Of a DNA stretch of 64,000 nucleotides, positions 25,909 to 39,269 are shown piece after piece. The notes under the pieces are model-generated. The model was not told the DNA's origin. It saw only the letters and a program-made list of their open reading frames with translations, and ran no database searches. The number at the start of each line of letters is the position of its first letter. Positions within the stretch are counted from its first letter, which is position 1. Source of the stretch: Hypanus sabinus (Eukaryota); the NCBI RefSeq assembly GCF_030144855.1, contig NC_082716.1, positions 46,252,001 through 46,316,000 of the forward strand, given 5' to 3'. The position numbers and the translations under genes were made by a program.

Positions 25909-27006
25909 CAGTGGATTCTGATTAATTGGCCCATCAGTTACCTGGGGCAGCTGCCTATTTGGGACAACTCTTAGAGAGCAAAAACTAATTGAGAAAATAG
26001 CTGGGATTTTCTTCTTCTTTTTGGGACACTATGCCCCTTAATTGGGGCAGGAGACTGTTGCTGAACAGCTTCTAATTTTTGGGGCAGCCATTTGTGTGAC
26101 TGTTAGACACAAGCTCACTGTAGTTTCAAGCATTCAGGTTTGGAGATGCCAGAAACGGCCAGGAGTGAAAATGAAAATGTTAAGAATTATGAAGAATTTG
26201 AAGGCATCAATGTTACAATGAAAATGAAGATTTGGAGTAGGCAATCATGAAAAATTGAACGAAGGCATGTATTATCTACACAAAATGTCTGTGATGACTT
26301 TGTTCATTTCCAGCGGTCGAAGGAACACAGCAGCATACACTCAGCTCTCACCTGTGGCTGCAAAGAGCTGTTGGCATGTGACAGTGGGCACACCCCAGTA
26401 TAGCGCTTCTACAGGCAGAATAAACCAGTTGAGCGTAGTCGGCGAGCCTTGTACCCCGGTATGATAGGGACATGCCTGCCCTAGCATGCAAGGTCAGCTC
26501 TGACAGACTGGATGGATAAGATCTAAGTAAGATCCAACAGACAGGAAGGCAGTTCTGCAATGCTCTGCGGAGAGCAAAGGGCTTGACAAGACACAGCAGA
26601 AGCCATGTTCAACACTGCAACCAAAGTGGACCCCAGAGTGATGACGTACGTACCATTGGATACGGACATCTGGGGTCGACAGGATGGAACCACCCCAGTG
26701 CAATGGATTTTCCACTTTAAAACTCTCCTCCACAAGTTTCCTGTCATTGTTGGATAGCCAGACAACCACTAAATCAACTATTAGGAACAAATCACAGTTT
26801 TAGATATACTATAGTAGTATTGGTGGTATTCTAATTTCTTTTGTATTTCACTTAAACACATAATTTGTTCCTCAGTTAAATGGTAATTTGTCTTTTTTTA
26901 TACCTTTTTAACTATTCCAATAAAACTGCAGCTAAGTGGGGCAGCTAATTCACTGGGCCAAAATGTACTGGTCCCAATGTGTCCCAATTAACCGGAATCC
27001 ATTCTG
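25909..27006. mobile_element. Tigger/pogo-like non-autonomous DNA transposon carrying a ~435-bp internal insert
   Basis: TA-cagtggattctgattaattgg ... ccaattaaccggaatccattctg terminal inverted repeats. Confidence 0.65.
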
Positions 27007-27589
27007 ACTTCATGTGCTCATTCATATCCATCTAATGGGAGTACACAAAAATCTGACTTCTGGCTATTCTTCCAATCGCTCCAAAGAGTTCTTCTCTTTC
27101 ATTCCAATAAAACATGGTCTTAAAAATCTTTATGAGTTCACCTCTTAATGCTCTCTTTTAAGAAGGAGACATATATAACTATTTCAACATCTCCCTTACA
27201 CATTGCTCATCTCTGGTAATGTCCTGTGAATTTCTTTTGTGCTGTCTCTAAGGATTACTCTACTGACAGGCACCAGGCCTAAGAACAGTGCATATCTCTC
27301 CTTGCTCAGCAATTATCCTGACTGTGGCTTCTGTAATTGGATTCTGAGCTGGGATAATGGTGTGTAAAATGATTACAGCAGAGACTGAAAGTGATTAACA
27401 CAGACAGGGAATGCAATCCTTGCATAAATTTGTCTGACACCATCCCCTAGGATCAAGGATGGCTTGCAGTTCATTGGGTCTCATGGTCACAAATGAGGCC
27501 ATTATAAGACCTATAGACTTGGCCATATGCTCAGCAAGGATGCTAGATAGTTTGGGAGATGGTGAGTTCCTTCCATTAAGGCTTTTGTG

Positions 27590-28730
27590 TACTCCAATCA
27601 GATGGATATGTGAGCATATGAAGTCAGAGTGGATCTTAAATTTCTTCCTGAAAGGATTTGAAAACATTCTTTGATCATTTCTTTCGTCCACCTGCATTCT
27701 TTTTCCCTGATGGATCCCAGAGTAAAAATGCCTACTTCAGCCATCTGGCATTGAGCTTGCATGTACCGTAACCTGCGGATGGGAGATAAGATCCTTTATA
27801 TTGGGGATGCTGACCATGGCAAGATGCTGATACTGCTCCACTTATCTTGCAAGTCGACATGGAGAATTTTGCACAGGTAGTATTGTTGGCTTCTCAGTGC
27901 TTTTAGCTGTAGATATCTCTTATTTTTAAGGATGTAGGAGGGCAGATATCTCGTCTGCCTGATAAACAACATTCTATACGCCAGGTTTGAGGTCTTGAAC
28001 TTTGAACCCTCTTTTGCTTAGATGGCCAAGTACTTCCATTGTGACAATGCTGAATTACATCGTCAGTGTTTGCTTTCATGGGATGTTGGCTCTGAGAAGT
28101 GAGAAGTTGCCCATGTTTTCCAAAGTCTCCTTGCACACCTTTATCATCTTGATAAACGTGGATATATTCAGAGAATATTTGTTTTATGTCTACTTGCTTG
28201 TACATTCAGGTGACCTACTTTGGCCACCAAACATGAACATATATAAGCATTGTGTGCACTCTGTGATATGATAGTACTGAATGACTCTGATACTGATATA
28301 TGTGAAAGCTTAACAATTTGTCCTGTAAACTGACTTTACTCTAGCAGAAAATGAGGAATAGCACATGCAGGGATGATGTTCTATCTGTGGTACTGAGAAT
28401 AGGTCCATTGTGGAATAATTGGTTATGGTCTGGCTTATGTGCTGCCATGTAGCAAATGTAAGGTAGATTTGAATATCAATGGGTCGCCAGATTTGAAAAG
28501 AATGCTCCAAAATCCTTCTTGCTTAAAGGAGCCAAAGACCTTTGGGAGGTCAAAAAAGCCATGTATAGTATTTCTCTTGGAGCTGGTGATTAGGGGAGAT
28601 CATATCCATTGCAATATGGGAGGGCAGTCTTTGACCACTTAATAGCAGGTAATTGAGCAAAATACTGACAATATTTTCCCTATGACAGTCAGGAGAGACA
28701 GGCTGACTCCGCTGTACAATGTCTCAGAGG
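27590..28730 (-). mobile_element. RTE-clade LINE, highly decayed
   Basis: Minus-strand remnants resembling LYMAFFDL.K.F, ETLEN...KA..DD.IQH and an RTE C-terminus; a second RTE 3' piece at ~29520-29790. Confidence 0.6.
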
Positions 28731-28744
28731 TTCCTTGACGTTAC

Positions 28745-29305
28745 ATGAGAACATAAGAAATAGGAGCAGGAATAGATCATCTGCTGGAGAGTCAGTATCC
28801 TGGCAAAAACTACACCATTAAGACAAAAGAAGACCCCAAGCAACTCCACAAAAAAGTTATTGAAAAGCACAAGTCAGGAGATGAATACAAGAAAATTAAG
28901 AACATAAGAACATAAGAAGTAGGAGCAGGAGTAGACCATCTGGCCTATTGAGCCTGCTCCGCCATTCAATAAAATGGCTGATCTGACCATGGACTCATCT
29001 CCACCTACGTGCCTTTTCTTTATAACCCGTAATTCCCCACCTGTGCAAAAATCTATCCAGCCTTGTATGAAATATATTTACTGAGGCAGCCTCCACTGCT
29101 TCATTGGGCAGAGAATTCCACAGATTCACCACTCTCTGGGAAAAGCAGTTCCTCCTCATCTCCATCCTAAATCTACTCCCCCGGATCTTGAAGCTATGTC
29201 AAATTGTTCTAGTCTCACCTACCAGTGGACAACTTTCCTGCCTCTATCTTATCCATCTCTTTCATTATTTTATGTTTCTATGAGATCGCCTCTCATTCTT
29301 CTCCT
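28745..29305 (-). mobile_element. Chimeric CR1 3' end + Tc1 fragment + second CR1 tail
   Basis: CR1 3' end (29305-28897) joined to Tc1 transposase 5' sequence (28896-28785), then agatgatctattcctgctcctatttcttatgttctc. Confidence 0.85.
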
Positions 29306-30189
29306 CTTCCCACACGAGTAAGATAATGTTGTTTATTGTGAATGAAATTCTTCTTAACCACGATTTAGGGCTTCAGCAGAAATACCAAGTGACCTCTAGG
29401 GCTTATTGTTTTTCAGTTGTTAAACAGCCAATGTGACTTCATGTCATATTTAGGTGTATGGCAAATGAGACTAATACAGGAATGTCAAATTCTTCCACAG
29501 GTAGATTAAGTGATGTTCATCAGAACAGGTGTGTGGATAGTCTGTGTGTATGCAGGGTTTTTCTGTGCTTCCAATGTATAACCCCAAGGTTCTCAATACT
29601 ACCCAAGGTGCTTTTTTCACTTTGAGAGATATTTCCAAGATCTAGTGTGGTAGGTGAAAATCTTCAAGGAGACTTTGAGCATATCCTTGAATCTCATCCT
29701 TTGTGCACCTGGTAATCACTTTCCATGACAGACTTTGGAGCAGAATGCTTCTTTTTGAAGTCTGCTGTCAAATGGTAGCATTGTGGCACTCACTACAACA
29801 TGGGTGTGATACTACTGTATCAAAAAATTCTAAAAATCATTGACACTTCTGAGTCACCAGTGTGAAATATATTGAGATATCTTAGTAAAGACAGTATTGC
29901 AAACTAATGTGAAGCAAATTGAGTGACATGGAAAAGGTGTGGGTATCTAAAATTAGTCGGCTGATGGGTTACTTTGTATTTCATAGCAATAGTTGCCTGT
30001 AGATTAAGCTGTAGCAATGAAGAGCTCAGCAATAAAGTTGAGACACCCGTGATACATCTGATAAGACAAAAATATGTCTCGGTCTGTAGTTTCTGCGTAT
30101 GGATAGTGCTGTGTTGGTTTGATACTGTCTGATTATCCTGCTGCTCTGTAGCATTTCCATTGTAAGGACATGTTTTTTTGTGGCTCTGG

Positions 30190-30757
30190 AGACATGCTGA
30201 TTCTAGGCCGGTGCCCATGACTGAGGCGTCGCGGGAGAACACGGAACATCGGGAGCAGCGGGCTAGCTGCCATGGGTTGTGTGCCCGGAGATCTGAGCCT
30301 TTCTGGGGCCGACACTATGGCACAGAGTTCAGACAAAGCGATGCAACAAACTTATAATATTGTAAATCACAGAGTTGTTTGTTATGTCTCCCTTCTTGCT
30401 GTGAAACGGAGAAAACTTTTTCCCTTATTAGGGACAGAGAGAGAGAGCCCGTGGTGAGTCGAATTACCGGGTGAACGAATAGTCTTTGGGGTAAAACAAG
30501 TCTGTGTCTTTATTGGTGCTTTGCTGCATGCTTGAGTACTCGGTAGAGAGTGCTGATGATTTTTTGCTGGTGGGGGTGGGGGGGTCATTGCCTTGCTGCT
30601 GTTTGTGTGTGGGGGGGGGAGCTGGGGGAGACTTTGTGGTTCTAACATTTGACTGTCATTCATTCTCTGTTTTCGTGGATGTTTGTGAAGAAAAAGAATT
30701 TCGGGATGTATATTGTATACATTTCTCTGACATTAAATGTACCTATTAAAACCTAAA
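30190..30757 (+). mobile_element. Non-autonomous retroelement with a Rex1/L2-type tail
   Basis: GC/CpG-rich non-coding body ending gaatttcgggatgtatattgtatacatttctctgacattaaatgtacctatt. Confidence 0.5.
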
Positions 30758-31532
30758 CTGGTTCCTCATTAATTGCTATTTCCAAGTTTAACACACATTT
30801 TAAAGCAATTTTTGTACGAATAAAGAAAATATCGATGTTCATACTCATCCTATAAAGCCCTTAATTATTTTAGAATATATTTTATTCTCAGGCCTGTTTT
30901 CTCAGAGGTGGGATTATCCAAAGCAGAACTCTAAGCTGTCAGCAATTAGTAAACAACAGGTTTCTACTTTGTATGTGGCATCCATCATATTTACACTTGG
31001 TGGACATTGTACTAGATGCCTCCTGTACCTAATAAAGCAGCTACTGAATATATGTCATTTAAATAAGCTTGAACGAACATTTGTGTATTAACAAAATGTT
31101 TTTATATATAAGTCGTGCTTTGAATATTAGGTTAAAGTAATTAAGTTTGTTATTTTCCATGGATTTTATACGAGGACCTGCAAAGGTAAAGACATCCTAA
31201 TCCCATTTTGATTTGTTTGCACATTCTTCAATGCAAGTGAAAATATTGTCCTTCCAATGGAGTAATTAATTCACATTCAAATAAACATTATATCATGACA
31301 AGGGTGCAGAGCTGAATAAATTCAAGGATTTATTACTATATGATTTGTTGATTTTATTTTGTAGCTGCTAATGTTTAGAAAGAGCAATTGATTTAAAATT
31401 TAAATTGAAATTTCGATGAATAGATTTTGAACTAAGATCAAGAATACAGTGGATGACAGATTAATTTAAAAGTATATGCTGTTTATGAATTCGATTTTGT
31501 GTGCACTTTGGAAATATATCAACCAAACCTAC

Positions 31533-31637
31533 ATTCCATTCAAAACCACCAACAGCAATGCCTCCTGCAGCTCCAGTGCCTGCCAGACCGATAAACAGGC
31601 CACTCCCAACATTACTGGACATTAGAGAAGCCCCAAT
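31533..31637 (-). CDS. slc5a9: slc5a9 exon 3
   Basis: cag|[35 protein letters not shown]|gtaggt; 105 nt; [11 protein letters not shown] is the SLC5A9 signature (SGLT1/2 have GSGHF). Confidence 0.96.
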
Positions 31638-32469
31638 CTGTTCATGAAGCAAAAACAAATAGAATCAAAATACTGCACTGGTTCCAATGTTAACCATGTC
31701 ATTATATATGCATTTCCTCGTGACTTGTATCATTATTCAATTATTTGATTACAACTCTATTTATCCAACTAATATAAACATTTGCTGGCATTATCTATTT
31801 TCTTTAGTGTGAAGTTAAGATTTCCTGTTATTAATTTACCCATGCATTTTATCATCATTATCACAAAGACAGTAGAACTAATGTCATTATTTCTAGTTTT
31901 TATAACTACTTGATCTTGTAAACTTCATAACAGAAAAACAAATAATAATGAACCTGATTCAGGTATGGGCAAGTGAATAAACAACTAGAAGTTCTTTGAT
32001 TTGCCTAACAGATGAAGCAGCTGCAAACTAAAGTCTGGTCTAGAAAGCAGCAGCCTTTACAAAGGAAGCATAAAAAGTAAACTATTTTTTTTAACAGACT
32101 TTGAGATAGCAGTAATATCTCTTCCAGTTTTTTTAATCAGTTATTTATTTTCCTTGCTTATTTTTTTCTGGCAGCTAACATGAAGTAGTCAGGGCATTAT
32201 TAGAATGCTACAAGGGTGAAAACCCAATATACCCAGATGCAGTGGCCTATACAGGATGTAACATTAAGGAAAGGAAGTTCCAAAGTTCTACATTAAAATT
32301 TTCAGGAATTACCAGGTGAGTTAAAAACTATGACTTCTTAGGTAGTTACCTCAACAATTCTTATACTGTGCATGAGTGAATATAGCATTAGGAGGAATAA
32401 TTGATTGCCGAAAGTAAAATGTTTCTGGGAGTTTTTCAAATACCTGGGGTAATGTGACCATGTTTAAGG

Positions 32470-32955
32470 CTGAAGGGTGTTGTGGAGGGGACCAATACTG
32501 CTGAGAAGAAGATCGGGGTCCCTCTTCCATCCATTAGAGATATTTAGCAAGAGTGCTGCATATGCAGGCCCTTAGCATTGTCAATGATCCCTCCCATCCG
32601 TCCAACAATGTCTTTGACCTCCTACTATCAGGCTGGAGGTACCATAGCATTCGGACAAGAAATGTTAGGATAGGAAACAGCTTTCTCCCCCCAGGCTGTA
32701 AGACTACTGAACTCCCCACCACCACCCTGGTCTTATCATGTATGAAGTGCCAGTAGCATTATACTGTTTACTTTTTGACTTGCATCATATATGCACCTTA
32801 TTAGTTGTTAATTTATTTGTGGCAATATTACTTTATGTGTTGTGTGTGAGTTATATGTATGTGCTGTGTTGTGCACCTTGGCCTGGAAGGATGTTGTTTC
32901 ATTTGGCTCTATGCATGTGTACGCATGAATGACAATAAACTGAACTTGAACTTGA
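32470..32955 (+). mobile_element. Rex1/Babar LINE 3' fragment
   Basis: IVNDPSHPSNNVFDLLLSGWRYHSIRTR..NSF..AVRLLN C-terminus; tail aataaactgaacttgaacttga. Confidence 0.8.
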
Positions 32956-34369
32956 ATACTTGCAGAAAATGAAACATTAACTGAAAGGGTTTAAATTATT
33001 CTTCCAGGGGATGAATATTGTGATAAAATATTACAGAGGTAAAACATGGTTTAGGCATTAAAGAGAGCTAAATAGCAGCAAAGAATAGTTCAGAAATATG
33101 TAGGACCAGCCAAACAAATATCAGACAGTCTAAAATGGGTTGGAATTGAATGAGGTGACATGTAAGGTAGGCGAGCTGCACATACTGCATACAGTAGAAA
33201 AATAACAACATGGCTGAGACTGTTATTCTGGAATTCCCTGCGTAAAACACACCGCTGTTTTACTCTTTGTGGAAAACACTACATTAAGTATTTCTCTTAG
33301 ACAAGCACTTGGACATCTATTCTAATATCTTGAGGACTGCAGTGGCATAGCAAAACTATTAATCATTTGACTTGGAATATAGTGTCAAGCTCAAATCCCC
33401 ACGGGGTAGATAGGAACTTAACCACAAATGAATTAAAATAATCTGGAAATAGTGATCATGAAACAATCAGATTGTTGTTCTAGTTTTCCCTAATATGCTT
33501 CATTAAAGGTAATCTTACAATCTCTGGCCTAGGTGTAACTCCAGATCCATTGCATGCTGTTGAGTCTTGTTTATAATTGTCCATAAACTGAGCAGTTTTG
33601 AAGCAATAAGCATTGGCCTTACAAATGATAAAGACCAATGCAAATATGTGGCTCCTTATTTTGTTTAATAATATTCTATGGCTTGTGGCAATTCATTTCA
33701 TTAAATGCAACATAAAAGTTAATCTTATTTAGGGCAAAGGGCTGAAGAGATGGGCAAAAAAAGATCAAGGTCAGATTAAAACTGAATTAGGTTTAAGAAG
33801 GTTTCATTACGCAGTAGAAAATAAAGTTTACTATAGGCAACTACATTGAAGATTTAAAAAGAGAGCAAAGAGTTTGCATAAAACCTCATAACACAAAAGG
33901 TAAGTCACCCATAAATATCTTAAGAGTAAACCAGTGATTAGAGACAAAAATCTAGACAAAAAGGAGTGATTAAAGACAAAAATCATATTATTGAAACAAA
34001 GGGCTTGGCTGAAGTCTGGTATAGTAACATTAGGTACACCTTCAGTAAACAAAGATGATGCTACCAATACTGTAATAATGGAGGAGGCAATAGCAATATT
34101 GAATTCATTAAAAATAAAGGAGCTATTTAACAGAATGGGGATACTCAAAAGTGGAAAAGACACCTTAGGTAGGATGCATCCCAGAATGTAAAGGGGGGGG
34201 GGGAGGGAGGAATCTCCTTCCTATACAAGGGAGTGATGCCAGAGGACTGAGGGACACAGCCTCAAAATACAAGGATGTCCCCTTAGAACAGATATGAGGA
34301 GAATTTCTTTAGCCTGAAAAAGGTGAATCTGTGGAGAGCATTGCCACAGGTGGCTTTCGAGGACAAGTC

Positions 34370-36575
34370 ACTGGTAAACTTGATAGGGAGAAAGTAAGGT
34401 CTGATGTAGCAGTATTTCAGTGGAGTAAGGGAAATTACAGTTGTAAGAGAGAGGAGTTGGTCAAAGTAAATTGGAAGGAGCTGCTGGCAGGTATGTCAAT
34501 GAGCAGCAATTGTGTGTGTTTCCGTTAAAAATGAGGAAGGTGCAGGACATGTGTTTTTCAAAAATGAAGAAATACTCAAATGGTAAAATAGTACAATCGT
34601 GGCTGACAAGGGAAGTCAAAGCTATTGTAAAAGCAAAAGAAACGGCATACAACAAAGCAAAAATTAGTGAGAAGATAGAGGATTGGGAAGTTTTAAAAAA
34701 CCTATATAGCACAAAAATCATTGAAGGGAGAAGATGGAATATGAAAGCAAGCTAGCAAATAATATCAAAGTGGATAGCTGAAGTTTTTTTCAAGTATGTT
34801 AAAAATAAAAGAGAAATGAGAGTGGATATAGGACTGCTAGAAAATGAGGCAGGAGAAATAATAATGGGGGACATGGAGATGGCTGCAAAAATAAATGAGT
34901 ATCTTGCATCAATCTTCACTATGGAAGACACTAGCCGTGTATCTGATGTTGTAGTGTGTGAAGGAAGAGAAGTGGGTGCAAGCGAGAAGGTGCTCAAAAA
35001 GCTGAAAGACCTAAAGGTACGCAAGTACCTGGACCAGAGGAACTGCACCCCAGGGTTCTGAAAGAGGTAGCATTAGAGATTGTGGTGGCATTAGAAATGA
35101 TCTTTCAAAAATTATTGGACTCTGGCATAGTGCCAGAGGACTGGTAAATTGCAAATGTTACTCCACTCTTTAAGAAAGGAGGAAGGCAGCAGAAAGTATA
35201 TTATAGACCAGTTAGCCTGACCTCAGTGTTCGGGAAGATGTTAGAGTCAATTGTTAAGTATCAGGTGATGGAGTATTTTGTGACACAGGACAAGATAGTA
35301 CAAAATCAGCAGGGAAAATCCTGCCTGACAAACTGTTAGAATTCTTTGAGATTACAAGTAGGATATTTTGCAGTGGATATTTTATATCTGGACTTTCAGA
35401 AGCCCTTTGACAAGGTGTCACACATGAGACTGCTTATCAAGTTAAGAGCCCATGGTATTACAGGAAAGTTACTAACATGTTTAAAGCATTGGCTGATTGG
35501 TAGGAGGCAGCAAGTGGGAATAAAAGGATTCTTTCCTGGTTGGCTGCCAGAGACTAGTGGTGTTCCACAGGGGTCAGTGTTGGGACCACTTCTTTTTATT
35601 CTGTATATAAATGATTTAGATGATGGAATAGATGAGTTTGTTGCTATGTTTGCAGATGATATGAAGATTGGTGGAGGGGCAGGAAGTGTTGAGGATATAG
35701 GTAGGATGCAGAAGGACTTAGATTAGGAGAATGGGCAAGAATGTAGCAAATGAAATATAATGTTGGAAAATGCATGGTCATGCATTTTGGTAGTAGAAAT
35801 AAATGTGCAGACTATTTTCTAAATGCAGAGAAAATTCAGGAATCTGAGATGCAGAGGGACTTGGGAGCCCATTGGCAGAACACCCTGAAGGTTAACTTGC
35901 AGGTTGAGTCAGTGGTGAGGAAGGCTTATGCCATGTTAGCATTAATTTCAAGAGGTCTAGAATACAAGGGCAAGGATGTGATGCTGAGTCTTTATAAGGC
36001 ACTGGTGAGACCTCGACTTAAGTATTGTGAACACTTTTGGGCCCCTCATCTTAGAAAAGGTGTGCTGGTATTGGAGAGGGTCCAAAGGAGATTCACAAGG
36101 ATGATTTCAGGAATGAAAGGGTTATCATACGAGGAACATTTGATGGCTCTGGGTCCGTACTCACTGGAATTCAGAAGAATGAGGGGGGATCTCATTGAAA
36201 CCTTTTGAATACTGGAAGGCTTCCTAGTCAGAGTAGATGTGAAAAGGATGTTTCCCATGGTGGGAGAGTCTAGGACAAGAGGACACAGCCTCAGGATAGA
36301 GGGGTGCGCTTTCAAAACAGAGATGCTGAGAAATTTCTTTAGCCAAAGGGTGGTGAATTTGTGGAATTTGTTGCCACATGCAGCTGTGGAGGCTAGGCTA
36401 TTGGGTGTATTTAATGCAGAGATTGATAGGTTTTTGATTGGATATGGCATCAAAGGTTACAAGGAGAAGGCTGGGAATTGGGGTTGAGGAGGAGATAGAA
36501 AAAAAGCATCAGCCATGATTGAATGGCAGAGGACTCGATGGGCCAAATGGCCTAATTCTGCTCCTATGTCTTATA
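34370..36575 (+). mobile_element. CR1 LINE ORF2 and 3' end, decayed, within older CR1 sequence (~33900-36735)
   Basis: LDFQKPFDKVSH, SGVPQGSVLGPLLF, FADDMKIGG, LYKALVRPRLKYC. Confidence 0.9.
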
Positions 36576-37102
36576 TTTAAACTGGAGGTTGACAGGCTCT
36601 TGAGTAGTAAGGGGTTCTAAGGTTACAAGATGACAGGACAATGGGTTTGACAGGTATAAGTCACCCATGAATGAAATGGCAGAGCAGACTCGATGGGTTG
36701 AATGGCTTAATTCTGCTCTGTATCTTATGGTCTAGGAATTCAAATAGTACATTCACTATGGGGAAAGAGCAGTGAATAGGAATAATCCGGAACAAGCATG
36801 ATAGCTGAATGGTCTCCTCTAAAATTTGAAAATATCCTTGACAAGACTACACATAAAAGTTAGTCTATTTTTTGATTAAGTGTTAAAAAATCTTGAGATT
36901 TGTTTGCTTACTGGCTGAAAGCAAAGAAATCTCAAGGTTGTATAATTTATACGTTCTTTGATAATAAATGCTCTTTGAAACTTCAGAAAAATTGTAACAT
37001 TTAGCAAGACAAAATGCACAATACTATCACTGATTGAACACTATACTAATCCACAACCAATATTAACTTACTTCAGAAAAATAATTATATTTATGAACTT
37101 AC

Positions 37103-37174
37103 AGGCCACCATGTCATAGATTTTCCTGCAAGGAAATATCCTCCCACAGTGTTCCGGTTGGCTCTCATTGACGA
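37103..37174 (-). CDS. slc5a9: slc5a9 exon 2
   Basis: ag|SSMRANRNTVGGYFLAGKSMTWWP|gtaagt; 72 nt; solute:sodium symporter motif GYFLAG. Confidence 0.95.
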
Positions 37175-37978
37175 CTAATATAGAAAGATTTGAGTGTCAA
37201 TTCTCTTAATCAAAGTCCAAAATGAAAAGGAAAATAGACCAGTTAAAAATAAACTGTAGGCACCAAGGCCTTTGGAATACACTTAAGATTTTATATTCAG
37301 AAATCACGAACTGTTTCAAATCAATGTTATTAAAGTATTTCTTCAGCTTTCTAAATTCATATTTGTTTTTATATTTCTTTAATTTTTAGTTTAAAATGAG
37401 CCAAGAAATAACCAGCAGGCATAAACTTACTCAGCAAAAATAATTGTAATCTGTTTCTCATATTTTGCTTTAATTCCAGCATAGAAGTTCAATTAATAAA
37501 ATTTTCACAAGCTTAATTTTCAGAGTATTATAACATAAAGATTAATTTTGGTTCAAACATTTAAATGCAATCCATATGTAATCACTAACTACATTGCAAG
37601 TTTTGAGAACATAAAAGTTTGGCAGTCAGCAGTTGATTTTATGCATGTCATTGAAATAATATATACCAATAAAAATAAGAGAGCTAAAGTTATAATAAAA
37701 GACAAATTTAGGCAAAATTAATGTTATTTCAGGCAATTAATTATGTCATTTAGTTACTCTAAATTAGTAACTGCTGCAGTTTGTTTAGAACCATATTGTA
37801 CTATATTGACATATCAAAATACACCAAAGGGTTTTTAAACTCCAGAGGTGATAATACATTCAAGTTCAAAAGTATAAACATCGTGGAAGATATTTAAACA
37901 CTATCTAAAAATGCCACAGTTCAAGGGTACAACTATCACATTTTGAGAACTGCTTATTCCAAAGTACTCTGCACTCAC

Positions 37979-38080
37979 CCATATTCCAACACACATAACA
38001 AATACAAAGTAAATAACAACCACAATAATGTCTGGTATCTCCAAAGCAAATATTCTCGAAACTCTGGGTGTCGGTTCCAT
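37979..38080 (-). CDS. slc5a9: SGLT4 sodium/glucose(mannose) cotransporter, coding exon 1
   Basis: ATG at 38080; MEPTPRVSRIFALEIPDIIVVVIYFVFVMCVGIW, then donor gtgagt; matches the SLC5A9 N-terminal helix (DISVVVIYFVFVIAVGIW); 102 nt, phase 0. Confidence 0.9.
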
Positions 38081-38126
38081 TCTGTAGTCTCACTATTGAA
38101 TTTTGTAAGCTGTGTTCTTTTGAAAT

Positions 38127-38154
38127 TGAACTTTGGACACATTTAATTATTAAC
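38127..38154 (-). promoter_or_regulatory. Putative HNF1 and HNF4 sites just upstream of the slc5a9 ATG
   Basis: Minus strand GTTAATAATTAAA (38154-38142; HNF1 consensus GTTAATNATTAAC) next to GTCCAAAGTTCA (38138-38127; HNF4 DR1-like); SGLT1/2 promoters are known HNF1 targets. Confidence 0.5.
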
Positions 38155-38509
38155 ATATTGAAGTAAGGGCGTTACAATCATTGCCAAGATGTAGCAATCA
38201 CTTTTTTAAAATAAATCTGCTAAGCTTCTTGTTGGATGACCATATCAAATTCAAGCTTCTCATGACAAGCCCATTGTTTCACTTGTACATTGCTGTCAAG
38301 CAAAACAACTCCCTATTAACATGGATCCGATGCAATTTCAGGTGATGACAGGAAATCAGTTTGAAAATATTTTTTAATTTAGGAGCTCTAAGCATAACTA
38401 AAATTGAGACAAAACAAACTTATGAATCTTTCTGGAATTGTTACTTTTCAGATGCCATCATCAAACCACTAAGCCAAACAATTATGCAAGTCTAAATCTG
38501 CTCATTCTC

Positions 38510-39255
38510 CAAATCATGTTAGTAAATTTGAGGATGACTCCAAAATTGGTGGTATAGTGGACAGTGAAGGTTATTTAAAATCACAACAGGATCTTGATCA
38601 ATTGGGTAGGGAGTCGAGGAATGGTAGATGGAATTTAATTCAAGGTGTATGTGAGGTTTTGCATTTTAGTAAGGACCAGGGCCAGACTTAACACAGTAAA
38701 TGGTAGGGCTTTGTGGAGTGTTGCAGAACAGAGACCTAGCAGTGCAGCTGCATAGTTCTTTTTAAGTGGCAACACAGGTAGAGAGCATGGTGAAGGTGGG
38801 TCCAGTGTAATTGATTGTATTGAGTACAGGAGTTGGGATGTCAGCTTACAGAATCAGAATATCACTGGCATATGGCGCAAAATTTGTTATGCGGCAACAG
38901 TAAATTACAATACATAATAATAAAGGTAAAATACAGTAAGAATATATATTTAAAAAGTTAAATAAGTAGTGCAAAAAAGTAGTGAGGTAGTGTTCATGGG
39001 TTCAATGTCCATTCAGAAATCAGAGAGAAAGAAAGAAGCTATTTCTGAATCGTTGGGACCGCAAAAATGCTCATGAGAATATTATTTGTACTGGAGGGCT
39101 TGGGTTAATGAGAGTCTGTATAGGCTAGGACCTTTCACTCTGGAGTGTAGGAAGCCAAGAGTAACTATAGAGCTTATTATCTCATGAAGAGCATAGATGA
39201 ATTAAGTGGCCAGTCTTTTCCATAGGGGAGCCCAAGACCAGAGGGCGTAGTTTTG
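38510..39255 (+). mobile_element. Old CR1 fragment interrupted by a Rex1-type tail
   Basis: gatgactccaaaattggtggtatagtggacagtgaagg (DDSKIGGIVDSE) and CR1 3' region. Confidence 0.7.
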
Positions 39256-39269
39256 ATACTACTGCTCAA

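Noticed and set aside
30979-31052. Tiny palindromic Tc1-MITE-like remnant
   Set aside because: Too short and degenerate to call with confidence.
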